A stretch of 64,000 bases of DNA from Chthoniobacterales bacterium (GCA_038207335.1 JBBQZX010000003.1:96001-160000), one strand, 5' to 3'; shown: positions 26,870-37,972, counted from the stretch's first letter. Made by a program: numbers and translations. Notes: generated by a model from the sequence alone, not told the origin.

Positions 26870-28939
26870 CTACAGCGGGATGCTGTACGGCGGCGGGAGC
26901 TGCACATGCAGCAGCGCCGACGTGCCATCCGTGTAAAACGCACGGTAGATTAGCTCCCCGGCGTTGTTGTAAGAGCGCGCCTGCGAGCTGGAACGCGAGA
27001 CGTTGCTCAGGATCGTGAATGCCCGCAGCGTCTTCCCTTCCACGGTGTCCCCGGCGCGCGCCAGCAGATGCGCCGTCCCCGCGTCATCGGTGTACCACAG
27101 GCCCACCGCATTCTTCGAAGTCACCCCGGCTGGGTTCGGCTCGCCCGTCTTCGGCACCAGCAGCTTCGCCACGAAGACCGGCCCCGTCGCGCCGTCCGGC
27201 ATCGCCACCGACGTGAACGACTTGAACACCGCCCCACCTGCGCCCGGGGCCTCCATCCCTTCGCGCGCCATCAGTTGCGTGCCGTACCTCACCCGAAAGA
27301 GCGCCAAATCGCTCGCGCTGGTCGCCGTCCCGCCCTTCAGCTTCGCCACAAATGCCGCATTGCCTTCCGACCCCAGCGCCACCGTCCCAAACGCATTGAA
27401 CAATGCCGCATCAAACGCCATCGCCTGTTCCCCCTGCCGCGCCAGCAGACCCACACCCCCGTCGCCGGTGAAGAGCAGCGCCCCCGACGCGTTACCCGGC
27501 CCACTCAACTTCGCCGTAAAGGCCGCCCCGCCGCCGCTCGACTGCGTCGCCACGCCCGTTTTCAACAGCGTCTCATCGGTCCCGAAGACCGGCAGCCCGG
27601 CCTTCGCCACCGAATAGTATCCCCCCGGGTAAAAGCGCACCAATTCCTGCGTCTTATCCGTGAAAGTCACCTTTGCCGTCACCCCCTGGCCCGCAGCACC
27701 GTGCCCCTGGCCCGCCGCACCCGGCACCGCCTTCAGCGCCGTGAATGATTTCACCGTCTTCACCGACCCCTCCCCCAGCGTCAGCGTGCCGCCCTCCCTC
27801 ATCGCCAGCGTCGTGTAATCCCCAAACACCCGCAGCCACAGCCCCGTGTCATCCGCAGCCGTCACCTCGCCGAGGCCCTGCACGAGCGATGCCGTAAAGG
27901 CCACCATGTCATCCGCCAGCGCCACCGACGTGAATGACTTCCACTGCGCCGCGCCGCCCACTCCGGGCACGTCGTCGAGAGTCGTCGCCACCGGCGCCGG
28001 GAACTGCGTCTGCCCCTGAATTGCGAAGTTCGACCGCATCCAAATCCCCTCCACCTTCACCGTCCCCAGCTTCTGCGCTGCGACGAAAAGCACCGTCCCC
28101 GCCTCATCGATCAGCGGGTCCTTGAATCCCGAAAACTGCAGCGGCGTCGCCTTGAGCGTCGCCAGCACCTGCACCGTCCCGTCCGGCGCACGCCGCACCA
28201 CACTCGTCTGCGTCCCCGTCGGCGACTTCAGCTTTGCGATGAACGCCGCGCTTCCCACCTGCACCGCCGGCCCTTCCATGCCCAGCGCCGCATAAATTCG
28301 CACCGGCGCGATCGCAGGCACCCCGAAGCCATACCACACCGCCCCCGCCGGCACATCACTCCCATCCACGCCCGCCCCCGGCACCTCAGCGCCCTTCAGC
28401 GCCAGCGTCGTCGTTACCGGTCCTGGCGGAGTCGGCGGAATCACCTCCACCACTCCATTCAGCAACGGGATCGCGCTGCCAAGACTCGACACATCCGCCA
28501 GATCATTCCACTTCGTCGCCGTGTAGATCGGAGACCCCGCCTGGAAAATATGCACGAAATCCTCGTTCGACGCATTATCCGGCTGCCCCGAGTCCCAGTT
28601 CGAGTAGGAAAACGGCTCACCACTCGTCCACACATACGTCCCCTCCGTCGCCGCATCATTCAGACCGATCCACAGCGCCCGCTCCACCCCGCCATAGTGC
28701 GCAAACGCATCGAAAATAAACTGATTCTCCACCGCATTCCGCACCGTCGCCAAGTGTCCTCCCAGCGACTGCGCCACCGTCTCCGCCGCGCTCCAGTTAC
28801 TTTCCGTCAGCAGATAATAAGTGTGTCCGTTCGCCGGATTTACCGCACTCGTATAGACGTCCGGCAGCGGCTGGAAAGCCCGGGCCGAGAGGGGGAGCAG
28901 AGCGGCGCAAGCCGAGAGGAGGAGGACGAGAGATTTCAT
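26870..28939 (-). CDS. Secreted C-type lectin domain protein with C-terminal tandem beta-repeat region
   Basis: Signal peptide; NGHTYY..SNW..AE...GGHLATV..EN, WIGLND..EG.Y.W.SGE..Y.NW..GQPDN, WND; repeated G..AF.A units. Confidence 0.8.
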   Translation of the reverse strand: MKSLVLLLSACAALLPLSARAFQPLPDVYTSAVNPANGHTYYLLTESNWSAAETVAQSLGGHLATVRNAVENQFIFDAFAHYGGVERALWIGLNDAATEGTYVWTSGEPFSYSNWDSGQPDNASNEDFVHIFQAGSPIYTATKWNDLADVSSLGSAIPLLNGVVEVIPPTPPGPVTTTLALKGAEVPGAGVDGSDVPAGAVWYGFGVPAIAPVRIYAALGMEGPAVQVGSAAFIAKLKSPTGTQTSVVRRAPDGTVQVLATLKATPLQFSGFKDPLIDEAGTVLFVAAQKLGTVKVEGIWMRSNFAIQGQTQFPAPVATTLDDVPGVGGAAQWKSFTSVALADDMVAFTASLVQGLGEVTAADDTGLWLRVFGDYTTLAMREGGTLTLGEGSVKTVKSFTALKAVPGAAGQGHGAAGQGVTAKVTFTDKTQELVRFYPGGYYSVAKAGLPVFGTDETLLKTGVATQSSGGGAAFTAKLSGPGNASGALLFTGDGGVGLLARQGEQAMAFDAALFNAFGTVALGSEGNAAFVAKLKGGTATSASDLALFRVRYGTQLMAREGMEAPGAGGAVFKSFTSVAMPDGATGPVFVAKLLVPKTGEPNPAGVTSKNAVGLWYTDDAGTAHLLARAGDTVEGKTLRAFTILSNVSRSSSQARSYNNAGELIYRAFYTDGTSALLHVQLPPPYSIPL

Positions 28940-29115
28940 CGGGATATTGAGGTGTGAAAAGCGCGGGTCTTCTAAGCCTTAACCCGTACCGTGCAAGCGG
29001 AAAATTTTCCCCCATTCCGCATCTTCAAAATCACCACCTCCGCCCCCGTTCGAGCCCTCCTGAAATCCTCCCATCCCACCCCTCCACCGAGCGCCACATC
29101 ACGGAGGCGAAACGC

Positions 29116-29390
29116 CGTGATCCCTCCGCGTTCAAACGGCATCGGGAGGCTCATATTCGTGAACCGGCACCCAATATTCGTAATCCGATGCCATATATTC
29201 GTGATGCGGTGCCACGTAGTCGGCATTGGGAGGAACGTTGCCGTGAATCGGCTGCATTTAGACGGATCCCGGAGGCAGTGGTTCGTAATCCTCCCATAGC
29301 TAGACGGCGTCCGGTGGCAGAATGACGGCTTTGGTTGCCGCACAGCCATCATCGTCCATGGCAAAATCGGCATCCGGCGGGGCACCGACG
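29116..29390. repeat. Degenerate 21-bp-period tandem array (about 14 units)
   Basis: CG recurs every 21 nt from 29116 to 29389 (13 of 14 positions); best-conserved units ATATTCGT at about 29153-29202. Confidence 0.7.
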
Positions 29391-29665
29391 GCGATTTTTT
29401 GCAAAACGGAGCCGTCGAGGGGGTCTCAGATGCCGTTGGAGGGGTGGCGGATGCCGTAGGAGGCCCACCGGATCACGTCGAGGTGTCTTGATCCTGAGCG
29501 ACTTACGCATATTTTGGCGATTTGCGACCACTTTTGCCGACAACCCCGGTCACAAATTCGACACACCCCCTCCCGCCCGCCGCGTGAGTCAACGCCGCAC
29601 CCGCGTTTCTGCCAGTCGCCTCTGGCAACCCCCGCCCGAATGCGTCGTCGGCGTGCGCCTTTCCC

Positions 29666-31147
29666 CTACGCGAAAAGCTCCGTGATGGCGTGCGCCTTCA
29701 CCAGCTCGCGCGGCTGATTGAGATGGTTATAAACGATCGTATCGGGGTCGATGCCGCACGCGTGATAGATAGTCGCGAGCAACTCCGTGGGATGCACCGC
29801 GCCTTCCGAGGGGCTCGAGCCCGTCTTGTCGCTGGCGCCGTGGATATACCCGCGCTTGATCCCCGCCCCGGCGATACACGCCGTGTAGCAGTAGGGCCAG
29901 TGGTCGCGACCGTCGGAGCTGTTGCTATTCCCGCTCGTGCTGAGCCCTTTCTCAGGGCTGCGCCCAAACTCGCCCAGCGCGACGACCAGCGTCTCGTCCA
30001 GCAACCCGCGGCTGTCCATGTCATCGAGCAGCGCGCTGAACCCGGCGTCCAGCATCGGGCCGCTCTGCTTTTTCATCCGGTCGGTGAGGCTGACGTGGTG
30101 GTCCCACGAATGGTTGTCCGAGTTCGCGACCTTCGGCCAGATGCACTCCACGACCCGCGTCCCGGCCTCGACGAGCCGCCGCGCGAGGAGCAGGGATTGC
30201 CCGAAGGTGTTCATGCCGTAGCGCTCGCGCATGGCCGTGGTCTCCTGGTCGATGGCAAAGGCGTCGCGCGCCTTCCCGCTGACGATGAGGTTCAGGGCGC
30301 GGTCGTAGTATTCGTTGAGGTTGTAGCTCTCGACGGCCTTATCGATGACCGGCATGGCGTCGTTCATGGCCTGGCGCAGGCTCGCGCGGCGCTCGAGGCG
30401 CTGGGCAAAGACGTCCGGCCGCAGCTTCAGGTCATCGACGTGGATGCGGTTCATCTTCGCCATGTCCATGTCGTCGCCGTCCGGGAAAAGCGTGTAGGGA
30501 TCGAACTCGCGCCCGAGGAAGCCGGCGGTGCCGCCTTTCCCGACAACGTTCGACTCCTGCAGCGGGCGCGGCATCATCACGAAGGGGAGCATTGGCTCGG
30601 TCGGGGGCTTGAGGCGGATGATGTTGGAGCCAAAGTTCGGATAATCCTTGGCATTCGGCGGCTCGAGCTGGCCGCTGGGCGAGACCTTGTCCGTCGTGTA
30701 GCCGGTCATGATCTGGTAGATCGCGGCGGTGTGGTTGAAGAGGCCATTCGGCGTGTAGCTCATGGCGCGGCACATGGTCATCTTGTCGTTGACCTTCGCG
30801 AGCTTCGGCAGGATCTCGGTGAAATTGACGCCGGGGATCTTCGTTTTGATGGGATTGAAGGCGCTGCGCATCTTGTCAGGCATGTTTTCCTTCGGGTCCC
30901 ACAGGTCGAGGTGGCTCGGCCCACCCTGGAGATAGACCATGATGACGCTTTTGGCCTTGTTCCACCCGGGTCCCTGACCCGTGGCGTCCTTGAGCTTCGC
31001 CTCCGCTGCGCGGGCCTTGAGTTCGAAGATGGAGCCGAGCGTGAGCCCGAGCATGGCCGAGCCGCCGAAGCGCAAAAGATCGCGCCGAGTGATGCCGAGA
31101 TGAGAGTCGCAGAGGTCGCGGCCGGGTTGTCCTGGGATGCGGATCAT
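29666..31147 (-). CDS. DUF1501 family protein (Tat-like signal)
   Basis: [47 protein letters not shown] and GRDHWP. Confidence 0.9.
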   Translation of the reverse strand: MIRIPGQPGRDLCDSHLGITRRDLLRFGGSAMLGLTLGSIFELKARAAEAKLKDATGQGPGWNKAKSVIMVYLQGGPSHLDLWDPKENMPDKMRSAFNPIKTKIPGVNFTEILPKLAKVNDKMTMCRAMSYTPNGLFNHTAAIYQIMTGYTTDKVSPSGQLEPPNAKDYPNFGSNIIRLKPPTEPMLPFVMMPRPLQESNVVGKGGTAGFLGREFDPYTLFPDGDDMDMAKMNRIHVDDLKLRPDVFAQRLERRASLRQAMNDAMPVIDKAVESYNLNEYYDRALNLIVSGKARDAFAIDQETTAMRERYGMNTFGQSLLLARRLVEAGTRVVECIWPKVANSDNHSWDHHVSLTDRMKKQSGPMLDAGFSALLDDMDSRGLLDETLVVALGEFGRSPEKGLSTSGNSNSSDGRDHWPYCYTACIAGAGIKRGYIHGASDKTGSSPSEGAVHPTELLATIYHACGIDPDTIVYNHLNQPRELVKAHAITELFA

Positions 31148-31213
31148 GGGGATGTATGGGGTTGTCTAAGTGAAGATCGCGGGATTCGGATTTCTTAGTG
31201 TATCCGATGTCCC

Positions 31214-34200
31214 CTACCTGCGGCGACGGCGGAGGCCGACGAACATGGACAGTCCGGCGAGAAGAAGCGAGGCGCTTCCGGGCTCCGGGATGACTGTGAG
31301 GACGCCGAAGGACGTGAAGTTTCCCGTATCCCACGCGAGCCCGGCGCCGAGCGAGGGAAGGATGAGGTCGCTCGCGAGGTTGAATCCGGTGGAGTCGATG
31401 TTGTTGAAATCGAGGAGGTCGAAGCTGTCGTTGAGCGCGGGGCTGTAGCCGCCGAAAAGCGTAACGTTGAACGTGCCGTCGAGGGTCAGGTTGTTGATGC
31501 CGATGACGCGGTCGAAATTCACGGTGCTGCCGAGCTCGAACACCGAGACGGCTGTGCTGCTGAGGAGCAGGTCGGTGTTGTTGAGCGCGAGGGAGCCGGG
31601 GGAGTTCCCAGGGGCGAGCGTTCCGGAGACTAGGACGGTTCCGCTGATCAACCCACTCCCGCCGAGCGTGCCGGAATTCACCAGCACCGTGCCGGCGATG
31701 GAGCCATTCACGAGGAGGGTGCCGCCATTCACGGTCGTGTCGCCGGTATAGGTGTTCGTGCCGCTGAGGACGAGCGTGCCCGCGCCGGATTTGGTCAGGC
31801 TGCCGTTCTGGATATTCGGTGAAACGCTCGTGGTGCCGCCGGTGATGTTGAAATCCCGAGTGGCACCGCCGAGGTCCACATTGCGGGGTCCAGCCACATT
31901 CGGGTTGAAGATCGCACTCGTGCCGCTGGCGGTGAGGTTTCCGCCGAGATTGACCTGCGCGACGAAGCCTCCGCCGAGCTGGCCGAGCTGAAGTGTGCCG
32001 CCGGCGAGAGTGAGGCCACCGGCACCGATGTTCACGATGGTGTCGGCGCTGTTCGCGCCGAGGCGATAGGTCGCGCCTCCACTGATGCTGAGCTGGTTCG
32101 CCGTGATGCTTTGTCCGCTGCTGAGGTCCTGCAATCCAGCGGTGAAGGAGAGTGTGCCGCTGAGGTTGAGGTTGTTCACCGTCTGCAAGGTGGCGGTGTT
32201 GATCGTGAGGTTCTTGAAGGCCTGGAAAAAATTCCCGCCAGTCCACGTTGCGCCTTGGTTGATCGTGACGCTTGTGTCCGGCGCGAATTGCCCCGCGGCG
32301 GTCAACTGGAGGGTGCCGGCATTCGCGATGACGTCCCCACTGATGGCAGTGCCGCTGGTTTTCCCGAGCTGCAAGACGCCGGCGGTGATGGTGGTGAGGC
32401 CGGTGAAGGTGTTGGGATCAGTGCCGCTGAGCAGCACGGTGCCGGCGCCAATTTTGGTGAGTCCGAAACCGGTGCCGATGATGGGCCCGCCGATCGTGAA
32501 GGTGTTTGCTGTCGCATTGATCGCGACATTTCCCCCGAGGATGATCGGACTGTTGATCGCGCCGACCGCGCCTGCGCTATCGACGGCGTTGCCATTCCAG
32601 ACCATTACGCGAGTGATATTCGTCCCCGTGGTCCCGCTGTAAAAGGCCGTGGTGCCGGCGCTGTAGGTGAAGGCTCCCGTGCCCTGCACGACCGAGGCGG
32701 CTTCGATTTGCACCGAGCCGGCGGTGATGTCGAAGTCGCCAGGGGTGACCGTCGTTCCGACGATCGAGAATCGAGCGGCGCCAATTTTGGTGAGCTTGAA
32801 GCCGGCGAGGTCGAGGGTTTCTCCGCCGCCGTTGGTGCGGATGTCGATGCGGTTCGTGCCGCCGATGGTGGCATTGCCCGAAAGCGTCAGGAAGCGCAGC
32901 GATTGCAACTGATCGGCGGTGTTATTGACCAGCGCGCCGAGTCCGCCGACGCCAGTTCCCACAATGCGGATGACTTCCGAGCCGAGATTCTGGCCGCCAG
33001 TGGCGAGCGTGGCGCCGCTGAAGACGGTCGTATTCCCGGCGGTGGAGCCGAGCGCGGTGGCAGCACCGATACGGAGGGTGCCCGCGCTGATGACGATCGG
33101 GCCATCGAATGTGTTATTTGCCGCGATGGTGACTGTGTTCGTGCCGACCTTCGTGATGCCGCCACTGCCGCCGATGACATTCGCGACGTAAAAGTCGTCA
33201 GGGCGGGAGAGGACGAGCAGCGCGTTGTTGATGATCGGCCCGGAGCCGAACTGCCCCGCTCCGACGGTCGCTCCGTCGCCGAGTTGCAGCACGCCCGCGT
33301 TGATGCGCGTGACGCCGGAGTAGTCGTTTACCCCGCTGTTTGCGAGGACGAGGGTGCGCGCGCCGAGTTTCGTGAGGCCGGTGGTGCCGCTGAGTTTGCC
33401 CGGACCTGTGAAGAGGTAGTCGGCGGTCGGGTTGTTCACTGTCACCGCAGCCGGTGAGAGCGTGCTCGAGAGATTGACGACATTGCCGAGGACGCTCGGG
33501 TCATTGTCGAAAAGCACGGCATCGCTGCCGCCCGCGGTGCCTTCAATGTAGTTGGTGGCATTGCCGCTGCCGATTTCCTTCCAGTTCTGCGTGGCGGTGT
33601 CCCACGCGGAGCCGTTGGCCCCCGTCCAGCGCGGGTAGTCGATGGAGGCGATGTTCAAATCCACCGAGCTGTTCCCCGGGTTGTCCACGAGCGAAGCCGC
33701 AGCGCGCGGCGGGAGGATGAGATTGAGCGCTCCAAAGCCGGCGCCCCCGAGCGTCGTGTATTTGATGAGAGGGAAGCTTCCGGCGACCAAGTTCGCGCCG
33801 TTGAATGTCACGGTGACGCCGGAGTTCGGAGCGAAGGTGGCTGCAGTGATTACGGGTGCTGTCGCATTTCCCAGGATGCCGAAATCGAAGCTGAGGCCGG
33901 TGCTCCCGGCGTTGAGCGTGAGGGATGGCGCGCTGAAAGTCTGTCCTGCCGTGGCCACGCGGACTCCGAAACTCGCGCCGGACGCGACGGTGACCGAACT
34001 GCCGAAGGAGGCGGTATTCGTGAGGAGCCTTCCGGCGGAAACGGTCGTGGCTGCGGTGTAGGTATTCGCGCCATTGAGCACCCATGTGCCGGTGCCGTCT
34101 TTTGTGACGCCGAGCACATTTGTCGTGTTCTGGTCTTGGATCACGCCATTGGCCGTGCCATTGCCCGTACCGCTGAAAAGCGCCACCCGGCCGGCCATGT

Positions 34201-35776
34201 TGGGCGTGAGGTTGCCGTTGAGAGTGAGCGAGCCGCCGTTCAATAAAAAGCGCGTGCCGCCACCGCCGCTGGTAAGAGTGAAGTTGCCGTTGATGACGTT
34301 CGCTCCGGCTTCGTTGACGATCGCCGGTGCGTTGGGATTTCCGTTCAGCCCGTCGTTGCTCGTCGTGAAAGAAAATGATGCCGGGAGAATGATCGGACCG
34401 TTGCTCCCATCGAGACGCAGCAGCGGAGCGTTGTCCGTGCCTTGGTTCCCCACGATGGAGATCGTCTTGACGCCGCGTCCGAGCGAGTCGCTGCTCGTGA
34501 TTCGGATCGAGCCGTTGCTGTTACCCACCGAGACGTTGCCGGCGAAGGTATTCGTGCCGGTGAGCGTGAGGATGCCGGTCCCTGCTTTCGTCAGCGACCC
34601 AACCCCGCCGATGACGCTTGAGACCAGCACATTCGAGCCGTTCGTGTTTAAAGTGCCAGCGCCTGCCAGAGTCACGACGCGTCCGCTAATCGTGCTCGCA
34701 TTTCCGGCCGCCCAGCGGAGCGTGCCGCCGTTGAACGAGATCGGTGCGGACAAGTCGCCGATGTTGCCGAGATTGCTGAATTCAAGGATGCCGCCGTTGA
34801 CCGACAGCGTCCCGGTGAAGGTGTTGTTCGCCGTGAGAGTCCAAACGCTGGCACCCGACTTCGTGACTGAGGTCGCACCGCCGCTGTCACCGATCGAGGG
34901 ATTGAAAATATTCGCGCCCGTGTTCGTGCCCCCGATGGTCAGTGTGCGAGTGCCGCTTCCTGAAAATGCGACGGCACCGGTGTTTGAAAATGTAACGGGC
35001 GAGAGGCCGGAAGACTCGATCGCTCCGCCGAAATTCGTCACCGTGAACAGCCGGTCGGTCGAGACAGCAGCGCCCGTTGTCGTGCGGAACGTCCCTCCAT
35101 CGAGCACCAGATTGCTTGCCGCTGCGGACTGAGCGCCGACAGGGCTCGCCAGTCCGCCATTTGTCAAAGTCGGGACGACGAGCGCCACCGACCGGGCACT
35201 CAGCGCCCCGCCGATCGTAATGACACCTGTGTAGTCATTCGCCGTGTTGTTGAAATTTACGGTGCCCGTCGCCCCCGTGAGCGTCAGTCCTCCTGTGCCA
35301 TGGATCAGCGAGTCGAACGTGAAAATTCGCCCGGTTCCTGTCGTGGTATCGATCGTGGAATTCGCAGTCACCGTGAGCCCGCCCCCGAGCTTGGCCTCTT
35401 CCGGAACCGCCCCGGTGAGACTTTGACCGAGAAGACCTCCAGCGAGGATTAAGTTGTTCACGGTTGTCGGCCCCGCAGTTTTGAAACCGAAGGAGCCGCC
35501 TGCACTGATCGTCAGTGAGTCGCCGGCGAAAATCGCGCTCGTCGGATTCACTGGCGTGCGGAGCTGGAATGCCCCGGTGACGTAGTCGTTCCCAGCGCTC
35601 GGCGCCAGCCCATCCGACCAGTTGGTCCCGGTGTTGAATGAACTCACGCCGATGAGGTCATTGCCGGTTAAAAGCACGGTGGCCGCGATTCCTGCGCTGG
35701 CGAGAGCCGACGCAATCGTCGTGCTGAGAACGAACGTGGGACGTCGGGAAATGCGGGAGAGTTTGGACAATTTCAT
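31214..35776 (-). CDS. Large surface protein with autotransporter-associated beta-strand repeats and PEP-CTERM
   Basis: Repeated LTK.G.GTL.L.G.NT(Y/F)TG.T; C-terminal VIPEPGSASLLLAGLSMFVGLRRRRR. Confidence 0.92.
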   Translation of the reverse strand: MKLSKLSRISRRPTFVLSTTIASALASAGIAATVLLTGNDLIGVSSFNTGTNWSDGLAPSAGNDYVTGAFQLRTPVNPTSAIFAGDSLTISAGGSFGFKTAGPTTVNNLILAGGLLGQSLTGAVPEEAKLGGGLTVTANSTIDTTTGTGRIFTFDSLIHGTGGLTLTGATGTVNFNNTANDYTGVITIGGALSARSVALVVPTLTNGGLASPVGAQSAAASNLVLDGGTFRTTTGAAVSTDRLFTVTNFGGAIESSGLSPVTFSNTGAVAFSGSGTRTLTIGGTNTGANIFNPSIGDSGGATSVTKSGASVWTLTANNTFTGTLSVNGGILEFSNLGNIGDLSAPISFNGGTLRWAAGNASTISGRVVTLAGAGTLNTNGSNVLVSSVIGGVGSLTKAGTGILTLTGTNTFAGNVSVGNSNGSIRITSSDSLGRGVKTISIVGNQGTDNAPLLRLDGSNGPIILPASFSFTTSNDGLNGNPNAPAIVNEAGANVINGNFTLTSGGGGTRFLLNGGSLTLNGNLTPNMAGRVALFSGTGNGTANGVIQDQNTTNVLGVTKDGTGTWVLNGANTYTAATTVSAGRLLTNTASFGSSVTVASGASFGVRVATAGQTFSAPSLTLNAGSTGLSFDFGILGNATAPVITAATFAPNSGVTVTFNGANLVAGSFPLIKYTTLGGAGFGALNLILPPRAAASLVDNPGNSSVDLNIASIDYPRWTGANGSAWDTATQNWKEIGSGNATNYIEGTAGGSDAVLFDNDPSVLGNVVNLSSTLSPAAVTVNNPTADYLFTGPGKLSGTTGLTKLGARTLVLANSGVNDYSGVTRINAGVLQLGDGATVGAGQFGSGPIINNALLVLSRPDDFYVANVIGGSGGITKVGTNTVTIAANNTFDGPIVISAGTLRIGAATALGSTAGNTTVFSGATLATGGQNLGSEVIRIVGTGVGGLGALVNNTADQLQSLRFLTLSGNATIGGTNRIDIRTNGGGETLDLAGFKLTKIGAARFSIVGTTVTPGDFDITAGSVQIEAASVVQGTGAFTYSAGTTAFYSGTTGTNITRVMVWNGNAVDSAGAVGAINSPIILGGNVAINATANTFTIGGPIIGTGFGLTKIGAGTVLLSGTDPNTFTGLTTITAGVLQLGKTSGTAISGDVIANAGTLQLTAAGQFAPDTSVTINQGATWTGGNFFQAFKNLTINTATLQTVNNLNLSGTLSFTAGLQDLSSGQSITANQLSISGGATYRLGANSADTIVNIGAGGLTLAGGTLQLGQLGGGFVAQVNLGGNLTASGTSAIFNPNVAGPRNVDLGGATRDFNITGGTTSVSPNIQNGSLTKSGAGTLVLSGTNTYTGDTTVNGGTLLVNGSIAGTVLVNSGTLGGSGLISGTVLVSGTLAPGNSPGSLALNNTDLLLSSTAVSVFELGSTVNFDRVIGINNLTLDGTFNVTLFGGYSPALNDSFDLLDFNNIDSTGFNLASDLILPSLGAGLAWDTGNFTSFGVLTVIPEPGSASLLLAGLSMFVGLRRRRR

Positions 35777-35902
35777 GGATGTGTGACGGGGACGTTTGGC
35801 TGCCAAAATGCCGCGATCCGGGGAGAACCGCTCGGCAAAATGACAGTTGCGAAAGATACGCAGAAATCGATCTCTGCAAATCGCGCGGCGTTGCGTTTGC
35901 CC

Positions 35903-37960
35903 TCAATACGCCCCGCTGATTTGCCACTCCTCGAGTAGGGCGCTGGGAATTTCGGCGAGGAAGCGGGAGGGGCGCTGGAGCATTTCGCCGTATCCGGCAT
36001 TCATGCGGAGGTGGGGGTAGGTGAGGTAAAGCTCATCCTTCGCGCGAGTCACGGCCACGTAGAAAAGTCGGCGCTCCTCCTCGATCGCATCGCTGCTTTC
36101 CAGCGAGCGCGAGGAGGGGAACATCCCATCCGCCAGCCAGATGACGAACACGACTTTCCACTCCAGCCCCTTCGCTTGGTGGACGCTGGAAAGTGTGACC
36201 ATTTCGTCGTCGGCGGCGCCCGCGGTGACGTCCGAGTCGAGGCTGGAGATGAGCGCGAGCTGGTCGAGGAATTCGGCGGCGCTCGTGTATTGCTTCGCGA
36301 AATTCGCGAGGGTCTGGAGGTCTTCGCGTCGCTGATCGTAGTTGGCGAATTCGGCCTTTGCGTAGTCTTCGTAGATCGCCTCGATCACGCTAGCGATCAT
36401 CTCGGCAGGCGGATTCGGCACGCCGCCGGGCGCGATTTCATCGAGAGTGTGGCAGAGCTGGTCCCAGCCCTTCTGGCTTTTCGCCGGGACTTTGAGCGGG
36501 CGCAGTTTGTCGATCGAAAACCCGATGGCTGCCGGCGGGGGGATGGGGTCGTCGTCAGTAGGAGCGTCCACTTTTTCCGCCGGAGGCGGCAGTTCGAAAA
36601 CGGCGCGCAAGGCATCCGCCCACATCAACTCGGCGGACCGCGCGCCGATGCCTGCGAGGAGGCGCACCATGCGCTTGAATGCAACCTCGTCGCGCGGGTT
36701 GACGACGTATTTCAAAAACGACGCGACATCCTTGATGTGCGTCTGCTCGAAGAACCGCAGGCCGCTCGTGAGCTGGAACGGGATGCCGTGCCGCGTGAAT
36801 TCCATCTGCACCTCCATCGAGTGGTAGTGAGCGCGGTAGAGGACGGCGATTTCGTCGAGCTCGATGCCCTCCTCGCGCAGGTCGAGCACGCGCTGGGCGA
36901 TGAATGCGGCCTGCTGATTCGAGTCGCCGAGGGGGACGAGGCCGGGTTTCATCGCGGCGGCGGGACGCGCGGAGATGAGTTCCTTCTTGAATTGGTGAAT
37001 GTTCGCCGCGATGGCGGCGTTCGCGACTTCGAGGATGTCCGGGACGCTGCGGTAGTTGATCTCGATTTTGTGCACCTGCGCGCCGGGATAGCGGCGCGGA
37101 AAATCGAGGATGTTTTTGAAATTCGCGCCGCGCCACGAGTAGATCGATTGCGCGTCGTCGCCGACGACCATGATATTTTTGTGATACGCGCCGAGGATGT
37201 CGATGAAGTCCGCCTGGAGGTGGTTCGTGTCCTGGTATTCATCGACGAGGACGAACTGGAACTGCCGCTGGTAGCGCTCACGGATGGCCTCGTGGGTCTG
37301 GAGCAGGCGCAGCGTTTTCTCGAGCAGGTCGTCGAAATCGAGCGAGTTGGCCTCGCGCTTTTTTGCCTCGTAACGCTTTTGGGCTTCGAGGATCTGCGGC
37401 GCGAATTCGAGGAAGTGGGGATATTTCTCGACGAGCACTTCGTCGATGGCGCGGCCTGTATTCAGTGAAAAACTGAACACGTCGGCGAGCACTTCGCCTT
37501 TCGGGAAGCGCTTGTCTTTCGTGTTGATGCCGAGCCGCGCGATGACTGCGTCGAGCAGGTCCTGCTGGTCCTCGCGGTCCATGATCGAGAAGCCGGGGGC
37601 GAAGCCGGCTTCGTTCGGATGGCGGCGCAGGATGCGATTTCCGATCGAGTGGAACGTGCCGCCCCACAGCCCCGCGATGTCGTTGGGCAGAAGGTTCGCG
37701 ACCCGCTCGAGCATTTCGCGCGCGGCTTTGTTCGTGAAAGTCAGCAGCAGAATGCTCTGCGGCATGACGCCATTTTCGATGAGATACGCGACGCGATAAG
37801 TCAGCGTGCGCGTCTTCCCGCTGCCCGCTCCGGCGATGACGAGCGCCGGTCCCGGTGGCGCGGTGACGGCGGCGTGTTGCTGCTCGTTGAGTTCGCTTTT
37901 GAAGTCGATGCGCGGCCCCGCGGGCGCAGCGTGGCGATCGAGCGAATACTGGCGGGCCAT
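35903..37960 (-). CDS. UvrD/PcrA/Rep-family ATP-dependent DNA helicase
   Basis: AGAGSGKT, LVDEYQDTN, VGDDAQSIYSWRGA, NYRS, HQAKGLEW and EEERRLFYVAVTRAK. Confidence 0.95.
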   Translation of the reverse strand: MARQYSLDRHAAPAGPRIDFKSELNEQQHAAVTAPPGPALVIAGAGSGKTRTLTYRVAYLIENGVMPQSILLLTFTNKAAREMLERVANLLPNDIAGLWGGTFHSIGNRILRRHPNEAGFAPGFSIMDREDQQDLLDAVIARLGINTKDKRFPKGEVLADVFSFSLNTGRAIDEVLVEKYPHFLEFAPQILEAQKRYEAKKREANSLDFDDLLEKTLRLLQTHEAIRERYQRQFQFVLVDEYQDTNHLQADFIDILGAYHKNIMVVGDDAQSIYSWRGANFKNILDFPRRYPGAQVHKIEINYRSVPDILEVANAAIAANIHQFKKELISARPAAAMKPGLVPLGDSNQQAAFIAQRVLDLREEGIELDEIAVLYRAHYHSMEVQMEFTRHGIPFQLTSGLRFFEQTHIKDVASFLKYVVNPRDEVAFKRMVRLLAGIGARSAELMWADALRAVFELPPPAEKVDAPTDDDPIPPPAAIGFSIDKLRPLKVPAKSQKGWDQLCHTLDEIAPGGVPNPPAEMIASVIEAIYEDYAKAEFANYDQRREDLQTLANFAKQYTSAAEFLDQLALISSLDSDVTAGAADDEMVTLSSVHQAKGLEWKVVFVIWLADGMFPSSRSLESSDAIEEERRLFYVAVTRAKDELYLTYPHLRMNAGYGEMLQRPSRFLAEIPSALLEEWQISGAY

Positions 37961-37972
37961 GCAACGTCGACG

